NCBI GenBank assembly: GCA_965211905.1 | Contig: CBDBTX010000002.1 | Coordinates: 820,248 to 884,247 of the forward strand | Direction: 5' to 3' | Length of the DNA stretch: 64,000 bases | Source: Longimicrobiales bacterium | GTDB lineage: Bacteria > Gemmatimonadota > Gemmatimonadetes > Longimicrobiales > Gaopeijiaceae | Shown here: positions 1-9,667 of the stretch, one piece after another | Numbering within the stretch: the stretch's first letter is position 1 | Layout of the letters: each line of letters begins with the position of its first letter | Notes under the pieces: generated by a model | What the model saw: only the letters and a program-made list of their open reading frames with translations | Databases searched by the model: none | Told to the model about the DNA's origin: nothing | Program-made: the position numbers and the translations under genes

Positions 1-1995
1 AAGGTTCGGGTGCCGGACGGAATGGGCCAACTGGCGACGCGCTACCGGGAGGCCGAGGAGCGGCTCCAGCAGTCCGCCGACACCCTGGCGGCCGCCGACC
101 GGCGCTTGCGCTCTGCCCGATCGGCGAGGGAGGGACTGCCCGAGAAGGCGGCCATCGAAAAGGTGATGGAGAAGCGCGACCAACTCGCGCGCCAGGAAAA
201 GGAGATCGCACAAACCCGGTGCGATCTCGCGGCGGCGGCGCAGACCGCGGCTGAGGCCACGCGGCAGGAGGAATCCGTCCGCAAGGAGTTCGAGCAGGCC
301 AGGCAGCGTTTGAAGGGGATGCCCGAACGGTCGGAGCTGGAGAGCGTTGCCCGCCAGTACGAGCAGCTTCGCAAGCTTGAGGGTGAAGTGGAGCGCGCGC
401 AGAGCCAACTGGCCCGGGCCGAGCAGGCTTACAACGCGGCCGAGGAGCACCGAACTGACGCGGACCGGGAACTGGAAGCCGCAACTCAGCTCTGGGAAGC
501 GCTTCGCACCGCCCACAGCGCGGCCGACATGGCCCATCACCTTCAGGAAGGCGAGCCCTGTCCCGTCTGTCTGCAGACCGTCGCCCGGCTACCCGACCAC
601 GCCGCCCCCGCCGACCTCGACACGGCTCGACAGCGCCGCGCCGCGGCACGGGAAGCGTTCACACAAGCCGCCGCGGCACGGGACCGCTGCGCCTCTGCGC
701 GGACCGCCCGCACCACCACCCTGGACCTGCAGACCCGGTCCGCGCAGTCACTCGCGCAGGCGCTCGCGGAGGCCCCGGACCCAGCCGGGCTCTCCACCAT
801 GATGGCCCAGGTCGACGAAACCGGGACGCGGGTCGACCGCCTCGAGAAGCGCCTGAATGACGCGGCGACCGAGCGGACCGAGCGGGAGCGGGTGGCGAAT
901 CACGCCACCGCGGCGCTGAAACAGCAGGAGAGATTCGCCGCGAGCCTGCGGGAGGACCTGGCGGCGGCACCGTCCCCGGAAGAGACCACCCGGCTGCTGG
1001 AGGAAATCCGCAACGCCGACGAGCAGCTACGGCAGGCCCGCACCGAAGAGGAATCCGCACGACGCGCGCACGATACCGCCATGGAGGCGCAGCAACGGTG
1101 GAAGTCACGTCTCGGCGGCGCCTGGAGCGAATACCATCGCGCTCGTGATACCGTCGCCGAAATGCGGCCGCCGGATGTCGCCGAGGGGGATCTGGCCGGC
1201 TCCTGGGAAGCGCTGTCGCGGTGGGCCGAACGCACCCGTGTGGCCACCGAAGCGATCATGGCCCGGACCGACTCCGAGAGCGCGGCCGCGACTCTCGAGA
1301 AGGGTCGCCTCGACGCACGGGTCCGGGGACGCTGCGCGGACGATGGGCTCGCCCTCGACCGGGACGAAGACCCCAGGCAGAAGGTCTCGGAGGGACTCGG
1401 TGCCGCCCGCAGGGAGCTCGACCATCTCCGCACCGCGGCCGAAGAGCGGAAGCGCGTTTCCGACCAGGCGGATGAGACCCGCTCCCGGGCCCTGGTCGCC
1501 AGGGATCTCGGCAACCATCTCGGAGCCAGGAATTTCGGGGCCTGGATGCAGAACCAGATCCTCACGTGGTTGGTGGAGGGCGCCACGGTGAGGCTGCGGG
1601 AGCTGTCCAGTGGCCAGTACTCGCTCGATCTCTCCGACCGGAACGATTTCCTGGTGATCGACCACCGCAACGCCGACGAGCCGCGGCTGGCGAAGACTCT
1701 GTCAGGCGGAGAGACGTTCCTGGCCTCGCTGGCCCTTGCGCTGTCGCTGGCCGAGCAGGTTGCCAACCTGGCCGCGCACGGAAGCGCGAAGCTGGAGGCC
1801 CTCTTCCTCGACGAGGGCTTCGGCACCCTCGATTCGGAGACGCTGGACGTGGTGGCCGCCACCATCGAACAGCTGGGCACCGAGCGCATGGTGGGCCTCG
1901 TAACGCATGTCCCTGAACTCGCGGACCGTATTCCGGTGCAGTACCGCGTGCGGAAGGTCGACAACTCGTCCGCGGTCGAGAGGGTCGAGACGTGA
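1..1995 (+). CDS. sbcC: SbcC/Rad50-family DNA repair ATPase; the 5' end lies outside the window
   Basis: ORF 10..1995 stays open to the window edge. It has a long Ala/Glu/Arg coiled coil, a CPVC zinc-hook motif, a C-terminal LSGGETFLASLALALSL signature, and an LFLDEGFGTLD Walker B followed by VTHV. Confidence 0.85.
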   Translation, partial: KVRVPDGMGQLATRYREAEERLQQSADTLAAADRRLRSARSAREGLPEKAAIEKVMEKRDQLARQEKEIAQTRCDLAAAAQTAAEATRQEESVRKEFEQARQRLKGMPERSELESVARQYEQLRKLEGEVERAQSQLARAEQAYNAAEEHRTDADRELEAATQLWEALRTAHSAADMAHHLQEGEPCPVCLQTVARLPDHAAPADLDTARQRRAAAREAFTQAAAARDRCASARTARTTTLDLQTRSAQSLAQALAEAPDPAGLSTMMAQVDETGTRVDRLEKRLNDAATERTERERVANHATAALKQQERFAASLREDLAAAPSPEETTRLLEEIRNADEQLRQARTEEESARRAHDTAMEAQQRWKSRLGGAWSEYHRARDTVAEMRPPDVAEGDLAGSWEALSRWAERTRVATEAIMARTDSESAAATLEKGRLDARVRGRCADDGLALDRDEDPRQKVSEGLGAARRELDHLRTAAEERKRVSDQADETRSRALVARDLGNHLGARNFGAWMQNQILTWLVEGATVRLRELSSGQYSLDLSDRNDFLVIDHRNADEPRLAKTLSGGETFLASLALALSLAEQVANLAAHGSAKLEALFLDEGFGTLDSETLDVVAATIEQLGTERMVGLVTHVPELADRIPVQYRVRKVDNSSAVERVET

Positions 1996-2942
1996 ACGCC
2001 CGGCGCATCGAGGGTCTCGCGATCGAGGGGTGGTCGCCCGAGTACGGTGCGCCGATGGAGGGTGACCAGGACGAGGTACCCGCGGCCCAGGTCGACGCTG
2101 GCGCGGAGGTGCCGGAGGGGGAATGGCGTCCCATGGCCCCGGGATCGGACGCGTCGATCCCAGGCAGCGTCGACTTCGTGGACGGAGTGCGGCGGATCGA
2201 AGCCAGGATCTGGATCACCGGCGAAGACGCTGAAGCCCGCCTCGGGATCTGTGCCTCCTACGCGGCGGGTGTGGTCCGATGCGAGCGCAAGGCTGAGATC
2301 CAGGCGGTCAAGGTCGGCCGCGGCTTCTTCGGACTGGCTCCGATTCCGGACCTGGCTACCCGCGCCGGCACCTTCGCAGGGTGTCCCGTGGCGGAGGACG
2401 ACATCCAGCAGCTGGTCAACGGCCTGCAAGAGCGCATGGGGCAGTTGGAGGTCGAAGTGGTCGGTCCGGCAGGCAATCCGGATTCTCTGATCGTCCTGGA
2501 CGGTCCCCTCAGGGGCCGGCAGCGCATCGCCGGAGCGATCGGCTACGTCAAGAGCCATCGGGTCCAGTACCTTCCCGCCGACCCACGCAGTGTCGTGGCC
2601 AGGCTGGCACCCGGTGAGCGCACTCCGGTGTTTCTCATCCAGACGAAATGGACGCGCTATTCGTGGTACATGCGGCTGAGCGATGCACAGGGACACCCCT
2701 GGGCCGGGATCGTGCGCTGCGAAGCATGGCCCGATGGCGGCCTGGAGCATGTAACGTCGATGGCGGATGCGACCGCCGCCGCGCTGCCCCGTTTCGCGTC
2801 CGAGCCGCACAAGGACGACCGTGCGCCGCAGAATCTCTATCCCATCGGGGGCCTGGAGCGTGAGTTGCGCCGCCGCCTCGGAGACCGCGGCATGGTCTTG
2901 CGCGCCCTGCAGCGTGCGGTAGCGGGTTTTCGGCCCTATTAG
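1992..2942 (+). CDS. NurA-like nuclease (putative), translationally coupled to sbcC
   Basis: Its start overlaps the sbcC stop by 4 nt (GTGA). Motifs VDFVDGV, LIVLDGPL, IGYVKSH and LYPIGGLE are arranged as in NurA-type nucleases. The call rests on motifs only. Confidence 0.45.
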   Translation: MNARRIEGLAIEGWSPEYGAPMEGDQDEVPAAQVDAGAEVPEGEWRPMAPGSDASIPGSVDFVDGVRRIEARIWITGEDAEARLGICASYAAGVVRCERKAEIQAVKVGRGFFGLAPIPDLATRAGTFAGCPVAEDDIQQLVNGLQERMGQLEVEVVGPAGNPDSLIVLDGPLRGRQRIAGAIGYVKSHRVQYLPADPRSVVARLAPGERTPVFLIQTKWTRYSWYMRLSDAQGHPWAGIVRCEAWPDGGLEHVTSMADATAAALPRFASEPHKDDRAPQNLYPIGGLERELRRRLGDRGMVLRALQRAVAGFRPY

Positions 2943-3640
2943 TGCTCCAACCGCTCCAGCGCTTCCTTCGCGTCCTCATTCCCGCTAGCTGCCGATCGCG
3001 AATACCATTCCCACGCCGCTTCCAGGTCCTGCGTCACCCCCCGCCCGGCCTCATACGCTTCGCCCAGCCGGAGCTGCGTGATCGCGTCGCCCTTCTCCGC
3101 GGCCCGGGTCCACCACTCGACCGCCAGCGCAGGGTCCACGTCCACGCCCCGGCCCTCGCTGTACTGGTTGCCGATGTTGTGGGCCCCGAGGACATGTCCA
3201 CGCTCGGCTGCCCTGCGGTGCCATAGCGCCGCCCGCTCGTGGTCGATCGGCTTGCCGAGACCCTCGTCGTAGGCCGTCCCCATCAGAAAGATCGCTTCCA
3301 GCACTCCCGATTCGGCCGCGCGCTGCACCTTCCCGATCACCCCGTCGGCGATGTCGCGAGCCTGCTCCTCGTCCTGGGGAAATCCCATCCGTCCGGTCGA
3401 ATGAACGCGCGCCAGCCACATCGTGGCGAGCGGACCTCCGCCGGAAATCGCCTCTTCCAGGAGCTCCCGCGCCCGATCGTTGTCCACGCTACCGGCCACG
3501 CCGGTGTACCAATCGATGGACTCGAGGAGGATGGGATCGGGCTCCTGCGGAGCGCTGACGCAAGCGGTTGCAGTCGGGAGCGTGGCCGCCACGAGTAGTC
3601 GGAGCAGCGTTGGCATGAGAGCGGAAGTGTCTGTTCGCAT
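2939..3640 (-). CDS. Sel1-repeat (SLR/TPR-like) lipoprotein
   Basis: Signal peptide with a lipobox (LPTATAC). Repeated A..W..+AAE.G...A...LG..Y..G.GV..D Sel1 units. Confidence 0.85.
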   Translation of the reverse strand: MRTDTSALMPTLLRLLVAATLPTATACVSAPQEPDPILLESIDWYTGVAGSVDNDRARELLEEAISGGGPLATMWLARVHSTGRMGFPQDEEQARDIADGVIGKVQRAAESGVLEAIFLMGTAYDEGLGKPIDHERAALWHRRAAERGHVLGAHNIGNQYSEGRGVDVDPALAVEWWTRAAEKGDAITQLRLGEAYEAGRGVTQDLEAAWEWYSRSAASGNEDAKEALERLEH

Positions 3641-3732
3641 GTCTTACTCTGACTTGAGGCCCAAAACAGAATAGCGATCCGTACTATTGCGGAAAGCAGA
3701 ATAGGACCATCGGGTGCGATCGTTCGGGACAC

Positions 3733-3777
3733 GTCCCATCCAAACATGGCCATGTCCCGGGTCATTCCCGCGGGACC
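3733..3777. repeat. 45-nt intergenic repeat, copy 1 (REP-like)
   Basis: 38/45 identical to 14003..14047 by manual alignment. It contains the palindrome TCCCGCGGGA and lies just 3' of a minus-strand stop codon. Confidence 0.7.
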
Positions 3778-3780
3778 CCC

Positions 3781-4584
3781 TCAAACCAGATCCTCCCCCG
3801 CCAACCCCAGCTGCTCCAGCACCTCCGGCGGCGGCCCGTCGAAACTCGGCAGCGGGATGTTCCCCACGTAGCCCAGATCGCGCATCCCCTCTTCGGTAGT
3901 CCAGAAACCGGTCGACACCATGTCGCGGAACTGGTCGAAGAAGCGCGCCTGAGGTTTCAGTTCGGCGGGTGCGTCGGGCTCGAAGCAGATCTCGTCGCAG
4001 ATCTCGTGTTGCTGCGCGAGCGTCAGGGCGGGGAAGTCGGCCGCCTCGAACCGCTCCCGCGCGGCGCGGTTGAGCCACGCGAGGCCGCCCCGCAGCGCGA
4101 TCAGGGCCTCCTCGTGACCGGGCGCGGAGACGAACTCGTTGACGTAGTCGGGCACGCCGACCGCACTGGCCGCTGGAGAACGATCGTCGGCCGGGATGAC
4201 TACGTCGGCCAGCGCCGCGACCAGCCGCATCTCCTCGTCGGTGAGCACCATGTCCCAGGGGACGACGGGCGCGAGCATGTCCGGATCGGTCGCCGTCCCC
4301 GCCGCCATGGGGTTGCTGGGGGGCAGGGGATTGAAGCCGGAGAGGGCTTCGTGGGCGGAGTCGGTCGATTGGGCTGCGTCTTCAGGCGCACACGAGCCAG
4401 CCGCGCCAAGCGCCGCGCCTGCGGCGATGACCTTGAGTGCGCCACGCCGGGAGATCGCGCTGGGCTCGGTTGACCGCGCAGGTGTAGCCGAGACGCTCGG
4501 AGGCGCGGCCGAATTGCCGGCACCCGACCCAGCGGCAGCCGCGGCCCCGGACTCCAGCCGTCCGCCCTTCCGATCCTCGCTCAC
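3781..4584 (-). CDS. Gluconate 2-dehydrogenase subunit 3-family protein (Tat-signal small subunit of the GMC enzyme)
   Basis: Inside ORF 3781..5226, a GTG at 4584 overlaps the stop of the upstream GMC gene (GTGA). Tat-like SRRGALKVIAAGAALGAAGSC. Its position directly after a GMC oxidoreductase fits the family. Confidence 0.7.
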   Translation of the reverse strand: MSEDRKGGRLESGAAAAAGSGAGNSAAPPSVSATPARSTEPSAISRRGALKVIAAGAALGAAGSCAPEDAAQSTDSAHEALSGFNPLPPSNPMAAGTATDPDMLAPVVPWDMVLTDEEMRLVAALADVVIPADDRSPAASAVGVPDYVNEFVSAPGHEEALIALRGGLAWLNRAARERFEAADFPALTLAQQHEICDEICFEPDAPAELKPQARFFDQFRDMVSTGFWTTEEGMRDLGYVGNIPLPSFDGPPPEVLEQLGLAGEDLV

Positions 4585-6362
4585 CCGATGCTCCTCTGCC
4601 TCAGCTGCTCGACGATGTAGTCGCTCGCCCGCCACGCGATCGCCATGATCGACAGCGTGGGGTTCTTGTCCGCGTTGGATACGAACGGCGCGCCATCGGT
4701 CACGAACAGGTTGGGCACGTCCCAGGACTGGCAGTACTCGTTGAGCACCGAGGTGCGACGGTCGTCGCCCATGATCGCGCCACCCACCTCGTGGATGATC
4801 TGTCCGCCCTTCGAGATCGCCTGCGCGCCGTCGGTGTGAATGGCCGACAGCACCTGCCCGCCCATCTCGTCCACGATCTCGGCGAAGGTGTGCTGCATAT
4901 GCACCGCCTGGCGCAGCTCGTGGTCCGCCCACTTCCAGTGGAACCTGAGAACCGGAATGCCGTAGCGGTCGACGCGGTCGGGGTCGATTTCGCAGTAGCA
5001 GTCCTCGTTGGGGATCATCTCGCCGCGGCCGTCGAACCCGATGAAGCTGCCGTAGTAGCGTCGGCAGTCGTCCTTGAAGCGCTGGCCGTAGCTGCCGCCG
5101 GTGAGGGGCTCGAGCCCCGAGAAGGCCCCGAAGCCGGGCGCACTGCGACGACCGCCGCCGAATTCGATGTGATAGCCCCGGGGGAAATCGAGCTGGCCCG
5201 CGAGCTGCTCGCCGTACAGCCACCACGGCATGTACATGTGCATCCCCGAGGCGCCGTCCTCGTTGTGCGGGGGAAGGGACTGGAGCGCGGGAATGTGGGC
5301 GGAGACACTCGCGCCGACCGTGTCCATGACGTACTTGCCCACGAGGCCGGAGCTGTTCGCCAGCCCGTCCGGGAAGAGCGAGCTGGTCGAGTTGAGGAGG
5401 ATGCGCGCCGACTCGCAGGCGCTGGCAGCGACCACGACCACGCGCGCCGCCGCGAACTCGTCCAGCAGCGTGGCCTTGTCGACGTAGTGCACTCCCGTGG
5501 CGCGTCCCTGTGAATCCACGGTCACTTCGCGCACCATTGCGCCCGTGCGGATCTCAAGGTTGCCGGTGGCGAGCGCCGGCGGCAGCAGGACCGTCGTGGA
5601 CTGGAAGTTGGCGCGGATCGAGCAGCCGCGTCCGCACGGCGTCGCCCAGTAACAGGCCGCACGGCCGCGCATCGAATCGGCGGTGACCCGCCGGGCCAGC
5701 TCGTTGTCGGGGAACAGCTCGCCGGGGAGCCGGTCGGGATCCTGCGTCTGCGTCATGATGGCGAGGTGCGCCGGGATCACCGGAATCCCGAGCCGCCGGC
5801 ACGCCTTGCGAGTCAGAAGCTCGTAGGCCCGCGGCTTCGGCGGCGGCTGCAACACCCCGGGAGACGAGTTGGGCGTATTCTCCAACCCCTCATTCGAGCC
5901 GTAGACACCGATCAATTGCTCGATTTTGTCGTAATAAGACGCTAAATCGTCGTATGACATGGGCCAGTCGAAGCCCAGCCCGTCCCTGCTGCGGGGTTTG
6001 AAGTCGTACTCACCCATGCGGAGCGAAATCCGCCCCCAGTGGTTGGTGCGACCCCCGAGCATCCGCGAGCGCCACCACATGAACTCCGAGCCCTCGGCGA
6101 CCGAGTACGGCTCGCCGGGCACCTGCCAGCCGCCGTCGACCGTGGCGTCGTAGAAGCCGAAGGGCTTGTCCGCAGTGCCGGCGCCGCGCAGGGGGGCGTC
6201 CTTCGGCAGCTGGAACATCGGTGTCTCGCGGAGCGGGTCGTAATCGCGGCCCGCTTCCAGCAGCAGCACCCGCAGCCCGGAGGTCGCCAGGATGAACGCA
6301 GTGATCCCGCCGCCGGCTCCAGAGCCGACGACGACAGCGTCGTACTGCGTCTGGGGGGTCAA
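4581..6362 (-). CDS. GMC-family FAD-dependent oxidoreductase
   Basis: N-terminal DAVVVGSGAGGG Rossmann motif. Length (593 aa) and the C-terminal HEVGGAIMG / NLFVTDGAPF motifs are typical of GMC enzymes. Confidence 0.9.
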   Translation of the reverse strand: MTPQTQYDAVVVGSGAGGGITAFILATSGLRVLLLEAGRDYDPLRETPMFQLPKDAPLRGAGTADKPFGFYDATVDGGWQVPGEPYSVAEGSEFMWWRSRMLGGRTNHWGRISLRMGEYDFKPRSRDGLGFDWPMSYDDLASYYDKIEQLIGVYGSNEGLENTPNSSPGVLQPPPKPRAYELLTRKACRRLGIPVIPAHLAIMTQTQDPDRLPGELFPDNELARRVTADSMRGRAACYWATPCGRGCSIRANFQSTTVLLPPALATGNLEIRTGAMVREVTVDSQGRATGVHYVDKATLLDEFAAARVVVVAASACESARILLNSTSSLFPDGLANSSGLVGKYVMDTVGASVSAHIPALQSLPPHNEDGASGMHMYMPWWLYGEQLAGQLDFPRGYHIEFGGGRRSAPGFGAFSGLEPLTGGSYGQRFKDDCRRYYGSFIGFDGRGEMIPNEDCYCEIDPDRVDRYGIPVLRFHWKWADHELRQAVHMQHTFAEIVDEMGGQVLSAIHTDGAQAISKGGQIIHEVGGAIMGDDRRTSVLNEYCQSWDVPNLFVTDGAPFVSNADKNPTLSIMAIAWRASDYIVEQLRQRSIG

Positions 6363-6365
6363 GGT

Positions 6366-7256
6366 CTATCCTTCGTCGGGCGGGGCGGGAGCGATACGGT
6401 CGCCGCGGAAGGTCGGCACCTCGAAGATGTACGGGCTTCCCGCCGAGAGCACCAGTATGTTCCCGTCGCCGTCGGCCAGCGTCAGCGACGCGAGTTCGTT
6501 GCCCTCCGTGTCTGTGGCTACCACCGAGCGCTCAGGCTCGACGGGCATCTCGGCATCGTCCGTCGCAAAGCCGCTCGCACGCAGATTCGCGAGCTCCTGC
6601 AGGATGTTACGCACGGTGACCGCGTCCGCCTCGTCGCCGTCGGCCGTCCAGGCCGAGTCCTGCCGTTCATAGACCACGGTGCGCCCGTCGCGCGTGACGC
6701 TTATGCTCGCCACGATGGCGGTGTCCGTCTGCAGGATCACCTTGTTGCGCCAATCCAGCAGAGGCCGCGCCGCGGCCGAGCGCAGATCGCCCTCGACCAG
6801 GCTGACCACGTCGGCGTCCGGCAGGCGGGCATAGGCGGTGCGGAAGCGGTTGCCGGTCTTGCCCAGCAACACCACCGGGCCGTCTCCGGTCCCGAGCGAC
6901 CAGGCGCTGTCGGCGCTGATGCCGAGGCGGCCATGATTGCCCGGGTTGGTCGCGGCCACCGAAGCGATCTCCACCTCCTCGACCGCGCGCAAGAACCGCT
7001 CGACCGCGCCAGAGTCCGCCTCGAAGCCGTTTGCGGTCCAGCCGCCGTCGACCTTGTCCAGCAGGATCGTTTCGCGCGGCCCGGCGATCTCGAAGTGCGT
7101 GTGCGATATCCGGGTCAACGCCGCGAAGGCCTCTTCCAGACCTGGGTCGGCCGCCTGCGACCCGTTGCCGCCGCCGCGCAGCATCGTCACGCCCAGGTAC
7201 AGCACCGTGATCGCCAGCAGGCTGTACAGCGAAATGCGCAGGGTTCTCTCGCTCAT
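6366..7256 (-). CDS. DUF4340-domain protein (accessory to the GldG-type ABC system)
   Basis: An internal ATG at 7256 overlaps the upstream stop (ATGA). It has an N-terminal TM anchor (LYSLLAITVLYLGV). Its position after a GldG-like gene is typical. Confidence 0.65.
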   Translation of the reverse strand: MSERTLRISLYSLLAITVLYLGVTMLRGGGNGSQAADPGLEEAFAALTRISHTHFEIAGPRETILLDKVDGGWTANGFEADSGAVERFLRAVEEVEIASVAATNPGNHGRLGISADSAWSLGTGDGPVVLLGKTGNRFRTAYARLPDADVVSLVEGDLRSAAARPLLDWRNKVILQTDTAIVASISVTRDGRTVVYERQDSAWTADGDEADAVTVRNILQELANLRASGFATDDAEMPVEPERSVVATDTEGNELASLTLADGDGNILVLSAGSPYIFEVPTFRGDRIAPAPPDEG

Positions 7257-9667
7257 GGTCCGCCCTCGCTTCCCGCACCATCGGTCGTAGCCGCGGTCGC
7301 AGCCGCACCCTCGTTCCAACGGCGCTCGGCGCGGGTCGCGCGTCCGCTCACGCGCACGAATCCGAAGAGTATGAACAGCACGGGCACCCCCACGAGCGAC
7401 CCCCACTTCAGCGCGTTCCTGCCGGAATCGGACTCGAAGGCGAGCGCTGGCGGAGTCCTGTCCTTCGACCGGATCCCGATGAGCGCTTCATCCTGCGCCA
7501 GCCAGTCGACGGCGTTGGCCGCGAAGATTACGTTCTGGGAATTGGCCTGTGCGAAGCGGTCCTCGAGGAAATCGCCGTCGCCGACCGCGATGATCCGGCC
7601 GCCCGGGAACGGGCCGGTGGGTGTCGCGCTGTCCTCCGGGGCGTCCTCGTCGGCGCCTTCGGCCGGCGCACCCTCGCCGGCGACGTCATCCTCCTCGTCG
7701 GCTGCATCATCCCCCGCCTGGGCCACATCGTCCTCGCCTCCCCCGTCCCCAGCCCCCGCCGGATCGATCGCGACCGCCAGCGTGTGGACGCCCAGCTCCT
7801 CCACCGACCTCGCGAACTCGTTGCGCGGGTCGATCATCCCCCCGGCCATCTGCGTGCCTCCGCCCTCGGAAGTGCTCCACAGCGGCGTCACCGCGGAGTT
7901 GTCCTCCTCCCAGGTGAAGGGCGCCGCCCATCCGAAGGTGGCGTTGCTGAGGTCGCGGATGGTGGGGTGGTCCTCGCCCGCGAAGGCGATCGGCCAGAGG
8001 GGATAGGGACGGATCACGTTGAAAAAGCCCTGCGGCACCTGCACCCGCTCGGACGACGCCACATCGAAGACCATCTCGTCGGATGCATCGACCCCCCGCG
8101 CGGCCAGCAGGTCCTCGAGGCCGGAGGTCACCGGCATCGACATCGGCGACTGCGGATTGATCGCATGCCGCTCCAGCAGCAGCAGCGCAGCGCCGCCGGC
8201 CTCCAGATAGCGCTCGATCGCCCGCACGGCACCGAACGACAGCGGCTGGGCCGGCGCCGCCACCACCAGCACGTCGACCGTATCCGGCACCACCGGCGGC
8301 CCCACCGAATCGTTGGCCAGGTCCACCGTCGTGATGTTGTAGCGGTCGGCCAGGCTCTCGCGGAAGGCCCGGTACTGGAACGACTCCTTGGCCTCGAACC
8401 CGGACATGAATGCCAGCGTCGGCCGCTCCGTCATCGTCATGTTGGAAATCGACGAGACCAGCCGGAACTCGAGGTCGTCGGCCCGGTCGATCACCGGGAT
8501 GATCTCCTGCTCGTCGGCGTACGTTACCGCCAGCCCGAAATAGCCGCGCCGGACCTGCAGCCCGTCGTCGCGCAGGACGTTGAACTCGATCGGCATGACC
8601 CCCATCGACGACGCCTGGTCCTCCTCCTCCTCACCTTCGTCCGGGTTCACCTCGGCGGTGTTCAGCATACCGTTGGAGGCTCCGCGCAGGTCGGCCACGA
8701 GGTCGCTCACATCCCGCTGGATGAGCTGGATCTCCTGGGGGAGGTCGTCGCTGACGAAGAGCGTCAGGTTCACCACGTCGTCAAGCTCGCCCAGGATCTC
8801 GCGGCTGCCGCCCGAGAGGGTGTAGAGGTCGTCCCGGGTGAGGTCCAGACGCCCCCGCACGTGCCCGCCCACCAGGTTGAGGACCAGCACGGCCGCCGCG
8901 ATCACCGCCGTGCCGAGACGGAGCCGCCGGAAGGCCTCGCTCCTGTGGCTGAGACGCTCCTGGCTGAGCGCCGCCACCGCGAGCAGGAGGAAGAGTCCGC
9001 ACGTTGACCCGAAGTACAGCAGGTCGCGCAGGTCCACCACCCCGCGCGCGACGTTCTCGAAGTGGCTGATGACCGACAACTGGCCGGCCCAGCCCGCGAT
9101 CGTAGGCGGCAGTCCGATCTGCACGATGGGCGTCCCGATCAGCACCAGCGCGAAGCAGATGAAGGCGCCGAGGATGAAGGCGGTGATCTGGTTCCGGGTC
9201 ATCGACGATGCCCAGACCCCGATCGCGACCATCTGCGCGATCAGAAGCGCGGCGCCGAAGTACTGCGCCACCATGATCCCCACGTCCGCCTCCGACACCA
9301 CGAGCACCCCGATCGCCATCGGCAGCGTGCCCGCCAGCGCGATCATCACGAAGAGCCAGTTGCCCAGGAACTTGCCGAGCACGATCTCGATCTCGCTCAG
9401 CGGCTGCGCCACGAGCCACTCGAGCGTACGGCTGCGCCGCTCCTCCGCCAGGCTCTTCATCGCCACCGCGGGAACAAAGACCACCAGCAGCCACGGCATC
9501 AGGTCGAAAAAAGGCCGCAGCGAAGCGACCGACATAGCGTAGAGTGAGCGGAACGCCAGATACAGGCCGAGGCCGAGAAACGCGACTGCCAGGACGTAGG
9601 CGGTCGGCTGATCGAAGAAGCCGCGGAGCTCGCGGCGGGCGACGAGAAGGAGTTGCTTGACGCTCAT
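7253..9667 (-). CDS. Fused ABC-2 permease (GldF-like) and GldG-like auxiliary domain
   Basis: The N-terminal ~240 aa is a multi-TM ABC-2 permease. The large extracytoplasmic GldG-like domain carries an acidic insert and ends in a C-terminal TM. The gene overlaps both neighbours by 4 nt. Confidence 0.75.
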   Translation of the reverse strand: MSVKQLLLVARRELRGFFDQPTAYVLAVAFLGLGLYLAFRSLYAMSVASLRPFFDLMPWLLVVFVPAVAMKSLAEERRSRTLEWLVAQPLSEIEIVLGKFLGNWLFVMIALAGTLPMAIGVLVVSEADVGIMVAQYFGAALLIAQMVAIGVWASSMTRNQITAFILGAFICFALVLIGTPIVQIGLPPTIAGWAGQLSVISHFENVARGVVDLRDLLYFGSTCGLFLLLAVAALSQERLSHRSEAFRRLRLGTAVIAAAVLVLNLVGGHVRGRLDLTRDDLYTLSGGSREILGELDDVVNLTLFVSDDLPQEIQLIQRDVSDLVADLRGASNGMLNTAEVNPDEGEEEEDQASSMGVMPIEFNVLRDDGLQVRRGYFGLAVTYADEQEIIPVIDRADDLEFRLVSSISNMTMTERPTLAFMSGFEAKESFQYRAFRESLADRYNITTVDLANDSVGPPVVPDTVDVLVVAAPAQPLSFGAVRAIERYLEAGGAALLLLERHAINPQSPMSMPVTSGLEDLLAARGVDASDEMVFDVASSERVQVPQGFFNVIRPYPLWPIAFAGEDHPTIRDLSNATFGWAAPFTWEEDNSAVTPLWSTSEGGGTQMAGGMIDPRNEFARSVEELGVHTLAVAIDPAGAGDGGGEDDVAQAGDDAADEEDDVAGEGAPAEGADEDAPEDSATPTGPFPGGRIIAVGDGDFLEDRFAQANSQNVIFAANAVDWLAQDEALIGIRSKDRTPPALAFESDSGRNALKWGSLVGVPVLFILFGFVRVSGRATRAERRWNEGAAATAATTDGAGSEGGP

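Noticed and set aside
900-2810. Long antisense ORFs (for example 900..2810 -, 10704..12269 -, 15155..17302 -, 32000..33844 -, 39354..41048 -, 44547..46670 -, 48776..50338 -, 55924..57363 -)
   Set aside because: They lie opposite genes with clear family motifs and are Arg/Pro/Gly/Ala-rich, as expected from stop-codon depletion in high-GC DNA. They lack recognisable domains.
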